A DNA stretch of 64,000 nucleotides from Eledone cirrhosa (taxonomy: Eukaryota), in assembly GCA_964016885.1 (NCBI GenBank), contig CAXHJY010001146.1, positions 1 to 64,000 on the forward strand, written 5' to 3'. The translations under genes and the position numbers were made by a program. The notes under the pieces are model-generated. The model worked only from the letters and a program-made list of their open reading frames with translations, did not search any database and was not told the origin of the DNA. Shown here one piece after another: positions 62,958 through 64,000 of this stretch (its first letter is position 1; the number at the start of each line of letters is the position of its first letter).

Positions 62958-63691
62958 ATCGAGAATCTAATTGTAATACGTGACGTATTCTATTCTATAG
63001 CGATTAGGTCTTCAAAATGTTTATTATAAACATACAGAATATTTTCGAATATTCTATGTCTATATTCACATATATATCGCTATTTCAGAGCATTTATTCC
63101 AATTTCTAATTTCTGCCGGACCGGCAACCGCTCTTTCAAACCAGTTCCTGTACACAGCTAAGTATTCTATAAGTCTCTAGCTGTGTCATTCTCGATAAAA
63201 GCACGGGATATGTAGTCCTGATGAATTCTAACAAGAATGAAACGCGTAGATTACTTCCCTTGCTTTTATCGAGAATCTAATTGTAATACGTGACGTATTC
63301 TATTCTATAGCGATTAGGTCTTCAAAATGTTTATTATAAACATACAGAATATTTTCGAATATTCTATGTCTATATTCACATATATATCGCTATTTCAGAG
63401 CATTTATTCCAATTTCTAATTTCTGCCGGACCGGCAACCGCTCTTTCAAACCAGTTCCTGTACACAGCTAAGTATTCTATAAGTCTCTAGCTGTGTCATT
63501 CTCGATAAAAGCACGGGATATGTAGTCCTGATGAATTCTAACAAGAATGAAACGCGTAGATTACTTCCCCTTGCTTTTATCGAGAATCTAATTGTAATAC
63601 GTGACGTATTCTATTCTATAGCGATTAGGTCTTCAAAATGTTTATTATAAACATACAGAATATTTTCGAATATTCTATGTCTATATTCACA
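62958..63691 (+). mobile_element. Second family A array (~2.4 units of 310-311 bp, two HHRs)
   Basis: Same unit as 10043-11391, with variants cgggat and gtagattac shared by both units. Confidence 0.92.
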
Positions 63692-63716
63692 TATATATAT
63701 ATATATAATATATACA

Positions 63717-63865
<149 letters not shown>

Positions 63866-64000
63866 TATATATATATATATATATATGTATCTATATAAAT
63901 ATCTATATATATATATTTATATATATATATACGTAAGTATGTATCTATGTTTGAATATAATGAGAAATGGTTACAGCAAGAATCAATCAATTATATATTA

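Overview
AT-rich eukaryotic DNA, probably octopus/cephalopod (inferred from the SINE types and microsatellite load). It holds one 200-bp exon (1351-1550, +) of an ERG/KCNH-type K+ channel, then apparently more than 62 kb of one intron. The intron carries a DD37D Tc1/mariner, a Helitron-like element, a hAT MITE, R4/Dong-like, RTE and CR1-group LINE remnants, tRNA-type SINEs and very long (TA)n tracts. The main signal is a retroelement ecosystem embedded in (TA)n. A fold-back Penelope-like element (RT + GIY-YIG) sits alongside about ten unrelated non-coding families, each with a type I hammerhead ribozyme (HHR) that has a short, mostly palindromic (dimer-type) stem III. Two families form near-identical inverted tandem arrays (311-bp and 466-bp units). 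These look like rolling-circle copies of small circular RNAs (non-LTR retrozymes) integrated with Penelope-style inverted, offset ends. All structures were read by eye; no folding or database search was run.
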